DNA of 64,000 nt from contig CM075988.1 in assembly GCA_038087875.1 (NCBI GenBank), positions 1,674,001 to 1,738,000 of the forward strand. The letters run 5' to 3'. The notes under the pieces are model-generated. The model saw only the letters and a program-made list of their open reading frames with translations. It did no database searches and had not been told where the DNA came from. Position numbers and translations under genes: made by a program. This document shows positions 22,405 through 36,418 of this stretch, in pieces. Source of the DNA: Malacoraja senta (taxonomy: Eukaryota). Every line of letters starts with the position of its first letter. Within the stretch, counting starts at the first letter, position 1.

Positions 22405-23976
22405 AGGATAAGTCTCCAGGTCCTGACAGGATATTCCCTAGGACATTGAGGGAAGTTAGTGTAGAAATAGCAGGGGCTATGACAGAAATATTTCAAATGT
22501 CATTAGAAACGGGAATAGTGCCGGAGGATTGGCCTACTGCGCATGTTGTTCCATTGTTTAAAAAGGGTTCTAAGAGTAAACCTAGCAATTATAGACCTGT
22601 TAGTTTGACGTCAGTGGTGGGCAAATTAATGGAAAGGATACTTAGGGATAATATATATAAGCATCTGGATAAACAGGGTCTGATTAAGAACAGTCAACAT
22701 GGATTTGTCCCTGGAAGGTCATGTTTGACTAATCTTCTTGAATTTTTCGAAGAGGTTACTAGGGAAATTGATGAGGGTAAAGCAGTGGATGTTGTCTATA
22801 TGGACTTCAGTAAGGCCTTTGACAAGGTTCCTCATGGAAGGTTGGTTAAGAAGATTAAATTGTTGGGTATTAATGGTGGAGTAGCAAGATGGATTCAACA
22901 GTGGCTGAATGGGAGATGCCAAAGAGTAATGGTGGATGGCTGTTTGTCAGGTTGGAGCCGGTGACTAGTGGGGTGCCTCAGGGGTCTGTGTTAGGTCCAC
23001 TGTTGTTTGTCATGTACATAAATGATCTGGATGATGGTGTGGAAAATTGGATTAGTAAGTATGCAGATGATACTAAGATAGGTGGTGTTGTGGATAATGA
23101 AGTAGATTTTCAAAGTCTACAGAGAGATTTAGGCCATTTGGAAGAGTGGGCTGAAAGATGGCAGATGGAGTTTAATGCTGATAAATGTGAGGTGCTACAT
23201 CTTGGCAGGACAAATCAAAATAGGACGTACATGGTAAATGGTAGCTAATTGAGGAATGCAGTTGAACAGGGATCTAGGAATAACTGTGCATAGTTCCCTG
23301 AAGGTGGAATCTCATGTAGATAGGGTGGTAAAGAAAGCTTTTGGGGTGCTGGCCTTTATAAATCAGAGCATTGAATATAGAAGTTGGGATGTAATGTTAA
23401 AATTGTACAAGGCATTGGTGAGGCCAATTCTGGAGTATGGAGTACAATTTTGGTCGCCTAATTATAGGAAGGATGTCAACAAAATAGAGAGAGTACAGAG
23501 GAGATTTACGAGAATGTTGCCTGGGTTTCAGCAACTAAATTACAGAGAAAGGCTGAACAAGTTAGGTCTTTATTCTTTGGAGCGCAGAAGGTTAAGGGGG
23601 GTCTTGATAGAGGTCTTTAAAATGATGAGAGGGATAGACAGAGTTGACGTTGATAAGCTTTTCCCATTGAGAGTAGGGAAGATTCAAACAAGAGGACATG
23701 ACTTGAGAATTAAGGGACAGAAGTTTAGGGGTAACATTAGGGGGAACCTCTTTACTCAGAGAGTGGTAGCTGTGTGGAATGAGCTTCCAGTGGAAGTGGT
23801 GGAGGCAGGTTCGATTATATCATTTAAAAATAGATTGGATGGGTATATGGACGAGAAAGGAATGGAGGGTTATGGTCTGAGTGCAGGTAGATGGGACTAG
23901 GGGAGAAAAAGTGTTCGGCATGGACTTGAAGGGCCGAGATGGCCTGTTTCCATGCTGTAATTGTTATATGGTTATA
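22405..23976 (+). mobile_element. 5'-truncated CR1 LINE (YADD subfamily), disrupted RT
   Basis: ORF pieces 22446-22964, 22889-23248 and 23256-23900 with PQGSVLGP and YADD; one frameshift and one stop. Confidence 0.93.
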
Positions 23977-24479
23977 ATCATACAGCAGATTAGGTATGGG
24001 AGGAATCTGATACAGGGATACAAAATATGTCAGTGGCACAGATGTAGTAGATAGTATTAAAGGTTTAGGTTTCTAAAACTAGAGGGAATTGGTTTAAGGA
24101 AAGGGGAAAGAAGTTTAGAGGGTATCTGAAGAATATTGTTTTCACCCAAGGGATTGTTGGAATCTGGAATACACTGCCTGATGAAGTGTTGGGGCCGGTA
24201 CTCTGACAACAGAGGTGTCTGGGTGGACATAGGAGGACATGGACCAAGTGCTGGGATTAGTGTTGATGGTCAACATGGACAAGGTGCCCAATAGACCGTT
24301 TCTCCACCGTGTGGCTAAGTCTCACTGCTGGAAGAGACCTTGCTGATGTTTTAATGACAATTCGTTATCTCACCAGCAGTTGTCTGAGTCTAACAGTGTT
24401 GTGCAGCAATTTGAAACTCCAATGATGTAAGACTCATTGTTGCATTTTCACTATTGTGTTTGAACTGTGCATTTTGCAG

Positions 24480-24585
24480 GACCCTTGACACAGCCAAGTT
24501 GACAACAGTTCCGGCAATCACAGCTTGTTTCTTCAGTCTGCTGCAGGAGATCTTACTGTCAGAGGGGGAGGCGAGTGTGGCCTGG
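24480..24585 (+). CDS. NFRKB: NFRKB exon H: TLDTAKLTTVPAITACFFSLLQEILLSEGEASVAW
   Basis: Matches SFFSLLLEILLLESQAS (start of winged-helix region); ttgcag| and TGG|gtaagt; phase 2-0. Confidence 0.92.
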
Positions 24586-24803
24586 GTAAGTGGCACAACA
24601 TTCATCTCAGTGTGACTCCAGGTCTGCTGCTGAGATGATGCTGATCTGTTGGCCTCCGTAGGCTATTTGTTGAAATGCTGGTAATTTTTTCGGTTTGTTC
24701 CACACTAGTGAAAGATAATAAAGATAACGGGCAATTAGACATTATAAGGATTCAACTGTCAAGAGTGTTTAATTGTCCTATGCACCAGCTATGGGCCAAT
24801 AAA

Positions 24804-25106
24804 GGGCTGCACAGTGGTGCAGTGATAGAGTTGCTGCCTCACAGCGCCAGAGACCCAGGTTCGATCCTGATTACGGGTGTTGTCTGTATGGAGTTTGCAT
24901 GTTCTCCCCGTGACCACATAGGTTTTCTCCGGGTGCTCCGGTTTCCACCCATACTCCAAAGACATACAAGTTTGTTGATTAATTGTCTTTGGCAAGAATT
25001 GTAAATTGCCCCTAGTGTGTAGGATAGTGTTAGTCTACAGGGATTACTGGTAGACACTGCCCGGTGAGGCGAAGGGCCTGTTTTTGCATTGTATCTTTAA
25101 ACTAAA
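24804..25106 (+). mobile_element. tRNA-derived SINE (HE1/V-SINE-like)
   Basis: A-box TGGTGCAGTG, B-box GGTTCGATCC, TAAAC tail. Confidence 0.8.
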
Positions 25107-25782
25107 CAAAAATACTTATTTGCTGCAACTTTACATCTCCATCAGCACAAAACACATCAAAATATACTATAATCAATTATACAGTGAATTAATGTTATAC
25201 AAGGTAATAAGATCATGTTATAGGAGCAGAATTAGGCCATTGGGCCGAACAAGTCTACTCCGCTATTCAATCATGGCTGATCTATCTCTCCATCCTAACA
25301 CCATTCTCCTGCTTTCTCCCCATAACCTCTGACACCTGTACAAATCAAGAAGCTACCTCTGCCACTAACTTGGCCTCCACAGGCTTCTATGGCAAAGAAT
25401 TCCACAGATTCACCACCCTCTGACGAAAGAAATGTATCCTCATCTCCTTCCTAAAAGAACGCCCTTTAATTCTAAGGCTGTGACCTAGAGTCCTTGACAC
25501 TCCCACTAGTGGAAACATCCTCTCCACGTCCACTCTATCCAAGCCTTTCACTATTCTGTACGATTCAATGAGGTCCCCCCTCATTCTCCTAAACTCCAGT
25601 GAGTGCAGGCCCAGTGCCGTCAAACGCTCATCATATCTTAACGTACTCATTCCTGGGATCTTACTTGTAAACCTCTTATGGACGCTCTCCAGAGCCAGCA
25701 CATCCTTCATCGAATATGGTGCCCAAAATTGTTCACTATATTCCAAATGCGGCCTGACCAGCACTTTGTAGCGCCTCAGCAT

Positions 25783-27599
25783 CAGACAATTGACAATAGG
25801 TGCAGGAGTAGGCTGTTCGGCCCTTCAAGTAAGCACCGCCATTCAATGTGATCATGGCTGATCATCCACAATCAGTACCCCGTTCCTGCCTTCTCCCCAT
25901 ATCCCCTGACTCCGCTGTCTTTAAGAGCCCTATCTAGCTCTCTCTTGAAAGTATCCGGAGAACCGGCCTGAGAATTCCACAGACTCACAACTCTGTGTGA
26001 AAAAGTGTTTCCTCATCTCTGTTCTAAATGGCTTACCCCTTATTCTTAAACTGTGGCCCCTGGTTCAGGACTTCCCCAACATCGGGAACATGTTTCCTGC
26101 CTCTAGCGTGTCCAAACCCTTAATAATCTTATATGTTTCAATAAGATTCCCTCTCATCCTTCTAAATTCCAGAGTATACAAACCCAGCCGCTCCATTCTC
26201 TCAACATATGACAGTCCCGCCATCCCGGAAATTAACCTTGTGAACCTACGCTGCACTCCCTCAATAGCAAGAATGTCCTTCCTCAAATTTGGAGACCAAA
26301 ACTGCACACAATACTCCAGGTGTGGTCTGACACACTACCCCAGGTATGGTCAGGTGTACAACTGCAGAAGGACCTCTTTGCTCGTATACTCAACTCCTCT
26401 TGTTATGAAGGTCAACATGCCATTCGCTTTCTTCACTGCCTTCTGTACCTGCACGCTTACTTTCACTGACTGATGAACAAGGACCCCCAGATCCCATTGT
26501 ACTTCCCCTTTTCCCAACTTGACACCATTTAGAAATTAATCTTCCTTCCTGTTTTTGCTACCAAAGTGGATAACCTCACATTTATCCACATTAAACGGCA
26601 TCTGCCATGCATCTGCCCACTCACCCAACCTGTCCAAGTCACCCTGCATTCTCATAGCATCCTCCTCACAGTTCACACTGCCACCCAGCTTTGTGTCATC
26701 TGCAAATTTGCTAATGTTACTTGTTATCCCTTCATCTAAATCATTGATGTATATTGTAAATAGCTGCGGCACCGAGCCTTGCGGTACCCCACTAATCACT
26801 GCCTGCAATTCTGAAAGGGACCCGTTAATCCCTACTCTTTGTTTCCTGTCTGCCAACCGATTTTCTATCCATGTCAGTACCCTACCCCCAATACCATGTG
26901 CTCTAATTTTGCCCACTAATCTCCTATGTGGGACCTTTTCAAATGCTTTCTGTAAGTCCAGGTACACTACATCCACTGGCTCTCCCTTGTCCATTTTCCC
27001 AGTTGCGTCCTCAAAAAATTCCCGAAGATTAGTCAAGCATCATTTCCCCTTCGTAAATCCATGCTGACTCGGACCGATCCTGTCACTGCTATCCAAATGT
27101 AATGTTATTTCATCTTTTATGATTGACTCCAGCATCTTCCCCACCACTGATGTCAGGCTAACTAGCCTATAATTCCCTGTTTTCTCTCTCCTGCCTTTCT
27201 TAAAAAGTGGGATAACATTAGCTACCCTCCAATCCACAAGAACTGATCCTAAATCAAGAGAACATTGGAAAATGATCATCAATGCATCCACGATTTCTAT
27301 ACCCACTTCCTTAAGTACCCTGGGATGCAGACCACCAGGCCTTGGAGATTTATCAGCCTTCAGTCCCATCAGTCTACCCAACACCATTTCCTGCCTAATG
27401 TGGATTTCCTTCAGTTCCTCCGTCACCCCAGATCCTCTGGCTAGTACATCAGGAAGATTGTGTGTGTCCTCCTTAGTGAAGACGGATCCAAAGTACTTGT
27501 TCATCTCATCTGCCATTTCCTTGTTCCCCATAATAAATTCACCCTTTTCAGTCTTCAAGGGTCTAACTTTGGTCTTAATTATTTTTTTCCTCTTCACAT
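25783..27599 (-). mobile_element. CR1 LINE (different subfamily) nested in the host CR1
   Basis: RT ORF pieces 27040-27597, 26536-27036 and 26065-26307; own tail at 25783; CAT shared at both junctions. Confidence 0.9.
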
Positions 27600-28366
27600 T
27601 ACATCCCTGTTTTTGTATACAAGCCCTCTCAAAATAAATGCTAGCATAGCGTTAGCTTTCTTTATTACCGATTTGACTTGCAGATTAACTTTTTGGGAAT
27701 CCTACACCCAGCACTCCCAAGTCCCTTTGCACCTCCGAATTCTGGATTCTCTCCCCATTTAGAAAATAATCTGCGCCTTTATTCCTACTATCAAAATGCA
27801 CGACTCCACACTTTGCTACAGTATATTCCATCTGCCACTTCTCTGCCCACTCTCCCAACCTATACAAGTCCTTCGGCAGAGTCCCTGCTTTTACTACATT
27901 AGCAGCCCCTCCAGCTATTTTCGTATCAACTGCAAACTTGGCCACAAAGCCTTCAATCCCCTCGTCCAAATCATTAATATACAATGTGAAGAGCAGCTGA
28001 CAGCCAACCAGAACAAGCCCCCATTTATGGCCACTCTTTGCCTTCTGCCATCCAGCCAACCTGCTATTCATGCTAGTATCTGCTCTTTGATACCATGGGC
28101 TTGCATTCTTAACAACCTTATCAAAGGCTTTCTAAAAATCGAGGTAAACAACATCTACTGGCTGTCCTTTGTCTGTCCTGCTTATTACTTCTTCAAAGAA
28201 TTCCAGTAAATTTGTCAGGCAAGACCTTCCTTTCACAAAGCCATCCTGACTTCAGCCTACTTTATCGTGAACTTCAAAGTGCTCTGTAACTTCATCCTAT
28301 ATAATGGACTCTAAAATCTTACCAACCACTGAAGTCAGACGTATAGTTCCCAGTCTTCTTCTGCTG

Positions 28367-29080
28367 CAATAGACAATAGATAATAGACAATAGGTTCAGG
28401 AGTAGGCCATTCAGCCCTTCGAGCCAGCACCGCCTTTCAATGTGATCATGGCTGATCATCCCCAATCAGTACCCCGTTCCTGCCTTCTCCCCATATCCCC
28501 CGACTCCGCTATTTTTAAGAGCCCTATCAAGCTCTCTCTTGAAAGCATCCAGAGTACCTGCCTCCACCGCCCTCTGAGGCAGAGAATTCCACAGATTCAC
28601 CACTCTCTGTGAGAAAAAGTGTTTCGTCGTCTCCGTTCTAAATGGCTTACACCTTAGTTTTAAACTGTGGCCCCTGGTTCTGGACTCTCCCAACATCGGG
28701 AACATGTTTCCTCCCTCTAGCGTGTCCAAGCCCTTAACAATCTTATATGTTTCAATGAGATCTCCTCTCATCCTTCTAAACTCCAGAGTGTACAAGCCCA
28801 GCTGCTCCATTCTCTCAGCATATGACATAGAAACATAGAAAATAGGTGCAGGAGTAGGCCATTCGGCCCTTAGAGCCAGCACCGCCATTCATTGTGATCA
28901 TGGCTGATCGTCCCCTATCAATAACCCGTGCCTGCCTTCTCCCCATATCCCTTAACTCCACTAGCCCCTAGAGCTCTATCTAACTCTCTCTTAAATCCAT
29001 CTGGTGACTTGGCCTCCACTGCCCTCTGTGGCAGGGAATTCCATAAATTCACAACTCTCTGGGTGAAAACGTTTTTTCTG
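28367..29080 (-). mobile_element. Two tandem short CR1 3' fragments (28367-28826 and 28826-29080)
   Basis: Each has a NLWNSLPQRAVEA C-terminus and its own tail ((CAATAGA)n or (CATAGAAA)n on the + strand). Confidence 0.88.
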
Positions 29081-29407
29081 GCAGGGTGATATTGGTAATT
29101 TTCCAACCATCTGGAACCATTCCTGATTCTTGTGATTTTTGAAATATCACTATCAATGCCTCCACAATCTCTAAAGCCACCTCTTTCTGGCTGCAGTCCA
29201 TCTGGTCCTGGTGACTTATCCACATTCAGCCCTTTCAGCTTCCTAAGCACCTTCTCCCAAGTAATAGCCACTCCACTAACTTCCATCCCCTGACTTTCTT
29301 AAATTTCAGGCACGTTGCTGGTGCCTTCCACCATGAAGACTGATGCAAAAAAGTTATTCAACTCCTCTGCCATTTCTTCATTCCCCATTATCACTTCTCC
29401 TGCATCA

Positions 29408-32400
29408 CCCTTGCTCATTGAGAAACCAAGTTGGCGCCTGCCTGCGGCAACTTTTGCGGAGCACCAGAACAGAAAAGGTTCACCTACAACTTCTATCAAC
29501 TTACCTGCATCAGGGAAACGGCAGTAATCGGTGCCATTTCAGACAAGCTGCTTGGGCAGTTGAAAGCGCTGGCAATTTCGCGATCTCCCGCAGCTGCGGG
29601 AGCCCCGGACTTTAAACTTTCCCACGCTGGCTGTGGAACTCCCGATCCGACTGGATCCCAGGTACCGTACCAGGAAACCCCGGGATGACCTCCAGAGCCG
29701 ACGGGCCAGATCTCCCAGGAACAATGAAGCTGGAGCTGCCGACTTTGAGGGAACCCCCGTTCGTTACGGAGCTGGAGCTGCCGCCTGTGAAGCGCAGGTC
29801 CGCAGAAACAGCAGGTACAGTAAACTCAGCACCTGGAAACAAAGGGGAAGCCTCCATTGTGTCCGGAAACGTGGCCGACGGGCAGGACTTCAGGTCAGAC
29901 TGAAGCGCAGGGGACTTCGGCCCCCTCTCCCTACTATCCTACTGGCCAACGTACTGTCTCTTGAAAATAAAGTGGAGGACTTAAGGGCAAGGCTGCTTTA
30001 TCAAAGGGAGCTGAGGGAATGCTCTGTGTTCTGTTTCACAATGACATGTCTCACCCCCAGCTCCCCAGACTCAGCGGTCCAGCCTGAAGGTTTCTCCATC
30101 CACCGTATGGACCGTACACTGGCATCTGGGAAAGGGAGAGGAGGGGGCGTCTGCCTCATGGTCAACTCTGCGTGGTGCTCAGACGTGGCAGTCCTGTCCA
30201 ACTCCTGCTCTCCACACCTCGAACATCTGCCGGTGAAGTGCCGTCCCTTCTACCTCCCAAGGGAATTCACCTCCATCATGACCGCGGTCTACATCCCACC
30301 CCAGGCAGACGTCCGTCTGGCACTGGAGGAGCTGCACGCCGTGGTCAACAAACACCAGACGTCTTACCCCGAGGCGTTCACCACCATAGCCGGGGACTTC
30401 AATAAGGCAAACCTAAAGAAATCACTCCCTAACTTCCACCAACATGTCTCCTGCTGCACCAGAGGACCAAACACCCTCGACCACTGCTACACCACCATCA
30501 AGAATGCCTATCGTTCTATCCCTCGCCCTCACTTCGGTAAATCCGACCATACCATGGTGTTGCTTCTTCCTGCCTACAGGCAGCAATTAAAGAGCGCACC
30601 CCCAGAGGTGAGGACAGTACAGAGCTGGTCGGGGGGGCAGAGGAACAACTCCAGGACTGTTTGGAGTCTGTAGACTGGGCAATGTTCAAGGACTCGGCAA
30701 CGGACCTGAACGAATACGCCACAGTCGTTACAGACTTCATTAAGAAGTGTGTGGAGTACTGCATCCCCACCAAAACCTTCCGAGCATTTCCCAATCAGAA
30801 ACCTTGGATGAACTTTGAGATCCGCACTCTTCTGAAGTCCAGACACCGGGCATTCATGTCTGATGATACAGTGGCCTACAAGAAGTCCAGATACGACCTT
30901 GGTAAGGCCATCAAAAAGGACAAAGGGGACTTCTGCTCCAAACTGGAGGAAAAGACAGATGTTCGGCGGCTGTGGCACGGCCTGAATGAATCACCTCTTA
31001 CAAGTCGAAATCAGGAGGCAGCTCAAATGTCGGCGAAACATCACTCCCTGATGAGCTCAATGCGTTTTACGCACGCTTTGATAGGGAGAACACTGATGTG
31101 CCTTCCCGAGCCCCGATTCGCTGTGATGGTATTTCAGTCTCAGTCACAGAGGCCGACGTCAGGAAATCCTTCAGAGGGGTGAACCCTCGAAAAGCGCCTG
31201 GACCTGATGGTATACCTGGTTGTGTTCTAAAAACCTGTGCGGACCAACTGGCTGGAGTTTTTGCGGACATTTTCAACCTCTCACTTCTGAGGTCTGAGGT
31301 TCCCACCTGCTTTAAAAGGGCATCAATTATACCAGTGCCCAAGAAGAGTAAGGTGACGTGCCTCAATGACTATCGACCAGTGGCACTAACGTCGGTGGTG
31401 ATGAAGTGCTTTGAGAGGTTGATCATGGCGCAGATCAACTCCTACCTCAACAAAAACCTGGACCCACTGCAGTTCGCTTACCGCCACAACAGATCAACGG
31501 TGGATGCGATCTCGCTGGCCCTCAACTCCGTCCGCTCTGGACCACTTGGACAACAAAAACTCATATGTCAGGCTGTTATTCATCGTTTACAGCTCGGCAT
31601 TTAATACAATCATCCCCTCCAAGCTGGTTACCAACCTCGCAGAACTGGGTCTCTGCGCATCCCTCTGCAATTGGATCCTCGACTTCCTCACTCTCAGACC
31701 ACAGTCTGTTTGTATTGGTGGAAATGTGTCAGACTCGATAACAATCAGCACGGGAGCACCTCAGGGCTGCATGCTCAGCCCCCTGCTGTACTCACTCTAT
31801 ACTCATGACTGCGTAGCCGGACATAGTGCGAACTCCATCATCAAGTTCGCTGACGATACCACTGTTGTGGGACGGATCACTGATGGGGATGAGTCAGAGT
31901 ATAGAAGAGAGATCGAGTGACTGTCCATATGGTGCCAGCACAATAACCTGGCCCTCAACACCAGCAAAACCAAGGAACTGATTGTGGACTTTGGAAGGAG
32001 TAGGATGGGGACCCACAGTCCCGTTTATATCAACGGGTTGATGGTTGAAAGGGTCAAGAGCTTCAAATTCCTGGGCGTGCACATCTCTGAAGATCTTTCC
32101 TGGTCCGAGAACACTGATCCCATAATTAAGAAAGCACATCAGCGCCTCTACTTCCTGAGAAGATTACGGAGAGTCGGTTTGTCAAGGAGGACTCTCTCTA
32201 ACTTCTACAGGTGCACAGTAGAGAGCATGCTGACCGGTTGCATCGTGGCTTGGTTCGGCAACTTGAGCGCCCTGGAGAGGAAAAGACTACAAAAAGTAGT
32301 AAACACTGCCCAGTCCATCATCGGCTCTGACCTCCCTTCCATCGAGGGGATCTATCACAGTCGCTGCCTCAAAAAGGCTGGCAGTATCATCAAGGACCCA

Positions 32401-33010
32401 CACCATCCTGGCCACACACTCATCTCCCTACTACCTTCAGGTAGAAGGTACAGGAGCCTGAAGACTGCAATGACCAGGTTCAGGAATAGCTACTTCCCCA
32501 CAGCCATCAGGCTATTAAACCTGGCTCGGACAAAACACTGAACTTTATTAGCCAATTAACTGTTATTTGCACTTTATCAGTATATTGATTCATGTGTGTA
32601 TATATTTATATAATGGTATATGGTCACACTGATCTGTTTTGTAGTCAATGCCTACCATACGCTTGGGCAGTCTACATCCTGGTGGCCTGAACGTTGAATT
32701 CTCCCAATTCTGCTAGCCCTGGCTGTCCCCTCCCTTTCATCAGCCATCTGGTTGTCTCCTCCCCTCCCCCAGCCCTCGGGCTCCTCCTCCGCCTTTTCCT
32801 TTTTTCCTTTCTTCTCCCCACCCCCTATCAGTCTGAAGAAGGGTTTCGGCCCGAAACGTTACCTATTTCCTTCGCTCCATAGATGCTGCTGCACCCGCTG
32901 AGTTTCTCCAGCATTTTTGTGTACCTACCATGTTCTGTTGTGCTGAAGCAAGGCAAGAATTTCATTATCCTATCAGGGACACATGACAATAAACTCACTT
33001 GAACTTGAAC
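29408..33010 (+). mobile_element. Near full-length Rex1/Babar-clade LINE with a frameshifted single ORF (APE plus RT)
   Basis: [75 protein letters not shown] plus (TTGAAC)n tail; probable start codon mutated to TTG at 29431. Confidence 0.92.
32657..32926 (+). mobile_element. Penelope-like 3' fragment with hammerhead motif (32833-32860), inserted in the Rex1 3' UTR
   Basis: CCTACCAT at both junctions; family tail. Confidence 0.8.
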
Positions 33011-33149
33011 TTCTCCAGCGGTCCAACGTCCACTCTTGCCTATTGCTTACTCTTTATATAACTGAAGAAACTCTTGCTATCCTCTTTTATATTATTGGCT
33101 AGCTTACCTTTGTATTTCGTCTTTTATCCCCGTATTGTCTTTTTGGTTA

Positions 33150-33885
33150 CCGTATTTCCCGGCAATGAAGACGCACCTGCGTCGAAGATGCACCCCCATT
33201 TTGAGTTGCTAAATTTTGAAAAAAGGCTGGCAGGACATAGAATTTCTCACGCTCAAAATAATAAATAAAAATAAAGAAAGTATCAATTCAATTTACCCAA
33301 GGCTTCCAGATCGCCTCCATTCTGAATGACTGAATGGGTGGGGAGTGGAGGGTGACGGCAGGTGGAGAGATGGTGGGGAAAACGGGAGCACACCAGGACA
33401 CGTTTAATAAGTTGTGATCTTATTGAATGACTATACTAGTTCCAAGGAACAATTGGGGGGGAAGAGTTCCATTCACAGCGTGTGGGGAGTCTGGCCCAGG
33501 TCAGCACGGGCAGGAGCGTTGAGAAGGTGGGGGTTGGGGAACATGCCAGCAACTCACTCACACACCGTTGCCGCGGCGCTCTGGGCGTGGAGCCACTGCA
33601 TTGTGGCCGGGGAGGGAAGTAGCTTGGGTGGCTGTGAGCGGCCGCCGTTCTTTAAATTCCGACTGCCGCCGGGAGCAGGACATGGCCTTGCTTGCTACGC
33701 TGGGTGACACTGCATGGCATTCACTGCCTGGTCATGTCTTTCAATGTAGACCGGACAGTGAGGGGACCTGTTCAAGAGCATAGATCATAGAGCGGGTCAG
33801 CGGGTGATGGATAACAGGACAGCGGGCGGTGGAGCTTACTCCTGTGTCAGCGCGAGTAACCTCAATTGGTCCCTTGATCGCGCTG
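33150..33885. mobile_element. Probable Tc1/mariner (pogo/Tc2-like) non-autonomous fragment; only one end seen
   Basis: TA|CCGTATTTCCCGGC terminus with repeated GAAGA(C/T)GCACC; right boundary uncertain. Confidence 0.45.
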
Positions 33886-34948
33886 ACACATAAATGGGAG
33901 TAGAATTTGGCTATTCGTCCCATCAAGTCTACTCTGCCATTCAATCATGGCTGATCTATCTCCCTCCCAACCCCAATCTCCTATCCCATTTGCCTATCCT
34001 ATTAATGATAAAAAAAAAATCCTCAAAGTCTCCCTTCAAGATTCCTGCAGAATCCATTTTTCACCATGGTTTCTACATTTCCTTCATTCAACCTTGGTTT
34101 TTACATTTCTAACTCCCCCCTCCCCACCACTTTGTCCGCAGCTGTCTTGCTTTGCTCTCTGTCGCACTCCTCATCTCTTCCAACATGGAAACTGGCCATT
34201 CGGCCCATCATCTCCACGCTAACTTGTTAGTATTTACTACTAATGATCTTTCAGTGCTTGATCAACAGCCCTCCATAACTAGATGATTCAAGTGCTCATC
34301 CAGACACATCTTCAATGCCGCCTCCAACTCTGCTTCCACCACCCTCCGGCAATGTGTTCCAGGGTATCCAATACTCTCTGTATGAATGATTCTCTTCAGA
34401 TCTCTTCTAAATATCTTGCCCCTTATCCAAAATATATGCTTTCTGGTGAAGAGCCCCGTTTTTTCCCTTTTTTAATCTCTCCTTTCCTTGCGGGATTTTT
34501 TTTGTTTCAGTCAAACCAATCCCCTCTGCTCATCTTTCCTCTTGCATTCCAACACAAGAACCAGGAGCAGTTACATACCATTAGGCTCCTCAGTCCAATG
34601 GTAACTTTCAACAGCTCATGGCTGCTAGTTGACCTCAACGTCACTTTCTGACCCTATCCCCTTGATTCTTGATGCCTATTTTGAATGTAGACAATGACTG
34701 CACCTCTGACCTCTAGAGTGTACAATTATAAAGATTCATCACCATTTTGAGTCAAAAATTTCAGTCATGTCAGTCTTAAATGGCTTCCCATTTCTTTGAG
34801 ACTGAGACCCAAGTTCAGTATTCGTCAGCCAGGGGATATTTCTCTCTACTCTTACCCGGTGGGCTCTGCAACTTTTGTATTTTTCAATGAAATCGCCTCT
34901 CATTCTTCGGAACTATAATGAATTGAGGTCTACCTTACTCAATCTCAG

Positions 34949-35735
34949 TAGACACAAGGGACTGTAGATGCTAATTTACAAAAAAAGACCCAAAGTGCTG
35001 GAGTAACTCAGCAGGTCAGGCAGACATGGATTGGCAACTTTTTGGGTCGGGACCCTTCTTCAGTAACCTTAGTAGGGGGAACGCTGGGAGAGGTGGGGTT
35101 GGGACAAAATCTGATAGTGATATAGGCAAGAGGGGTTTGATTGGCAAATGGTTGAATAAAGGGCAGAGATTAAAAAAACAAATGGCTGTAAGATAAGGAG
35201 AGAAGGGGCGTGAAAGGTGAAGCCAGAGGAAGGCATTTAGGTGGCAGAGATAGGTAGTGAGGGGGAGTGGGAGAAATGGGTGCGCATCCAGATGTATAAC
35301 TGGGAATAGAGGGGGGGGGTTAGGAGAATTCAAAGTTCATACTATTGGGTTCTGCTTGGGTTGCAAACAACCCAACAGAATGCACATTGAATTCTCCAAT
35401 TTTTGGTAACAGACACCCTCTCTTCCCTGGATCATTTCTCCTACTATCTCTCTTCCACCTATATACCTTCCTCAGACTTCATATTTCACGTATCATCTCC
35501 TTATCTCGCAACCTTTTGTCGTTTCATCTCCAGCCTTTGTTCAACAACTTTGTTCAAACCTCCCCTTGCTTGTATCCACCTATCACTTGCCAGACCTTGT
35601 CCTGCCCTCCCGCCTCCACCCTCTCCCAGCTTTATCCCCTATTGTACAGTCTGAAGAGGGGTCTCGACACCACTATCCATTCCCTCTGCTGATGCTGCCT
35701 AACACACTGATGAGTTCTTCCGGCACTTTGCGACG
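34949..35735. mobile_element. Older head-to-head pair of Penelope-like 3' fragments
   Basis: Minus arm 34949 to about 35350 and plus arm from about 35355 to 35735, each with a degenerate hammerhead motif. Confidence 0.65.
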
Positions 35736-36106
35736 TTTTTCCAATCTCTTCTCAAATGACAGACCAGTCACCCCAGGAATTGGCCAGGTGACATCATCAG
35801 CCCACTTCCTCAGTGCAGATTTCTCTTTTTTTTAATGTTAGAAGACCAGGTGTAATTTTGCCATTACGCAATTTAATCTATAACGCGTCTTTAATGCTGT
35901 ACTCAAAATGATTTTGCAATAATGCCCATTATGCCATTTACTTCTCTAGTTGCTGCTGAAGTTATAGGTGGTGAGAAATGTTCATGTTCGGTTGGATAGA
36001 CGTCACATGCAGGTTTAGGTGACAATAGCAAACCTAAACCCACAAGTGATGTGAATAAGGACACCCTGGTCCCATTGTATATGAGCATTTCTCGCCACCT
36101 ATTAGA

Positions 36107-36418
36107 GGCGACTACGGTAGCGCAGCAGTAGAGTTGCTGCCTTACAGCCAGTGCAGCGCAGGAAACCCGGGTTCGATCCCGACTACGGGTGCTGTCTGTT
36201 CGTTCTCCCCTTGACCTGCGTGGGTTTTTTCCGAGATCTTCAGTTTCCTCCCACACTCCAAAGACGTACAGGTTTGTAGGTTAATTGGCTTGGTAAATGT
36301 AAAAATTGTCCCCAGTGGATGTAGGATAGTGTTGATCCGCGATAACAGGGATCACTGGTTGGTGCGGACCCGGTGGACCGAAGAGACTGTTTCCGCGCTG
36401 TATCTCTAAACTAAACTA
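36107..36418 (+). mobile_element. tRNA-derived SINE (HE1/V-SINE-like), well preserved
   Basis: A-box TAGCGCAGCAG, B-box GGTTCGATCCC, (CTAAA)n tail. Confidence 0.85.

Larger units (their letters stand above)
25205..33148 (-). mobile_element. Host CR1 LINE split into four pieces (25205-25782, 27600-28366, 29081-29407, 33011-33148) by later insertions
   Basis: Pieces are collinear in RT coding order; e.g. VDVGPLE (33011 onward) rejoins DAGEVIMGNEEMAEELN (up to 29407). Confidence 0.85.

Noticed and set aside
36107..36190. tRNA gene (A and B boxes)
   Set aside because: It is a SINE head continuing into SINE core and tail, with many degenerate copies in the window.
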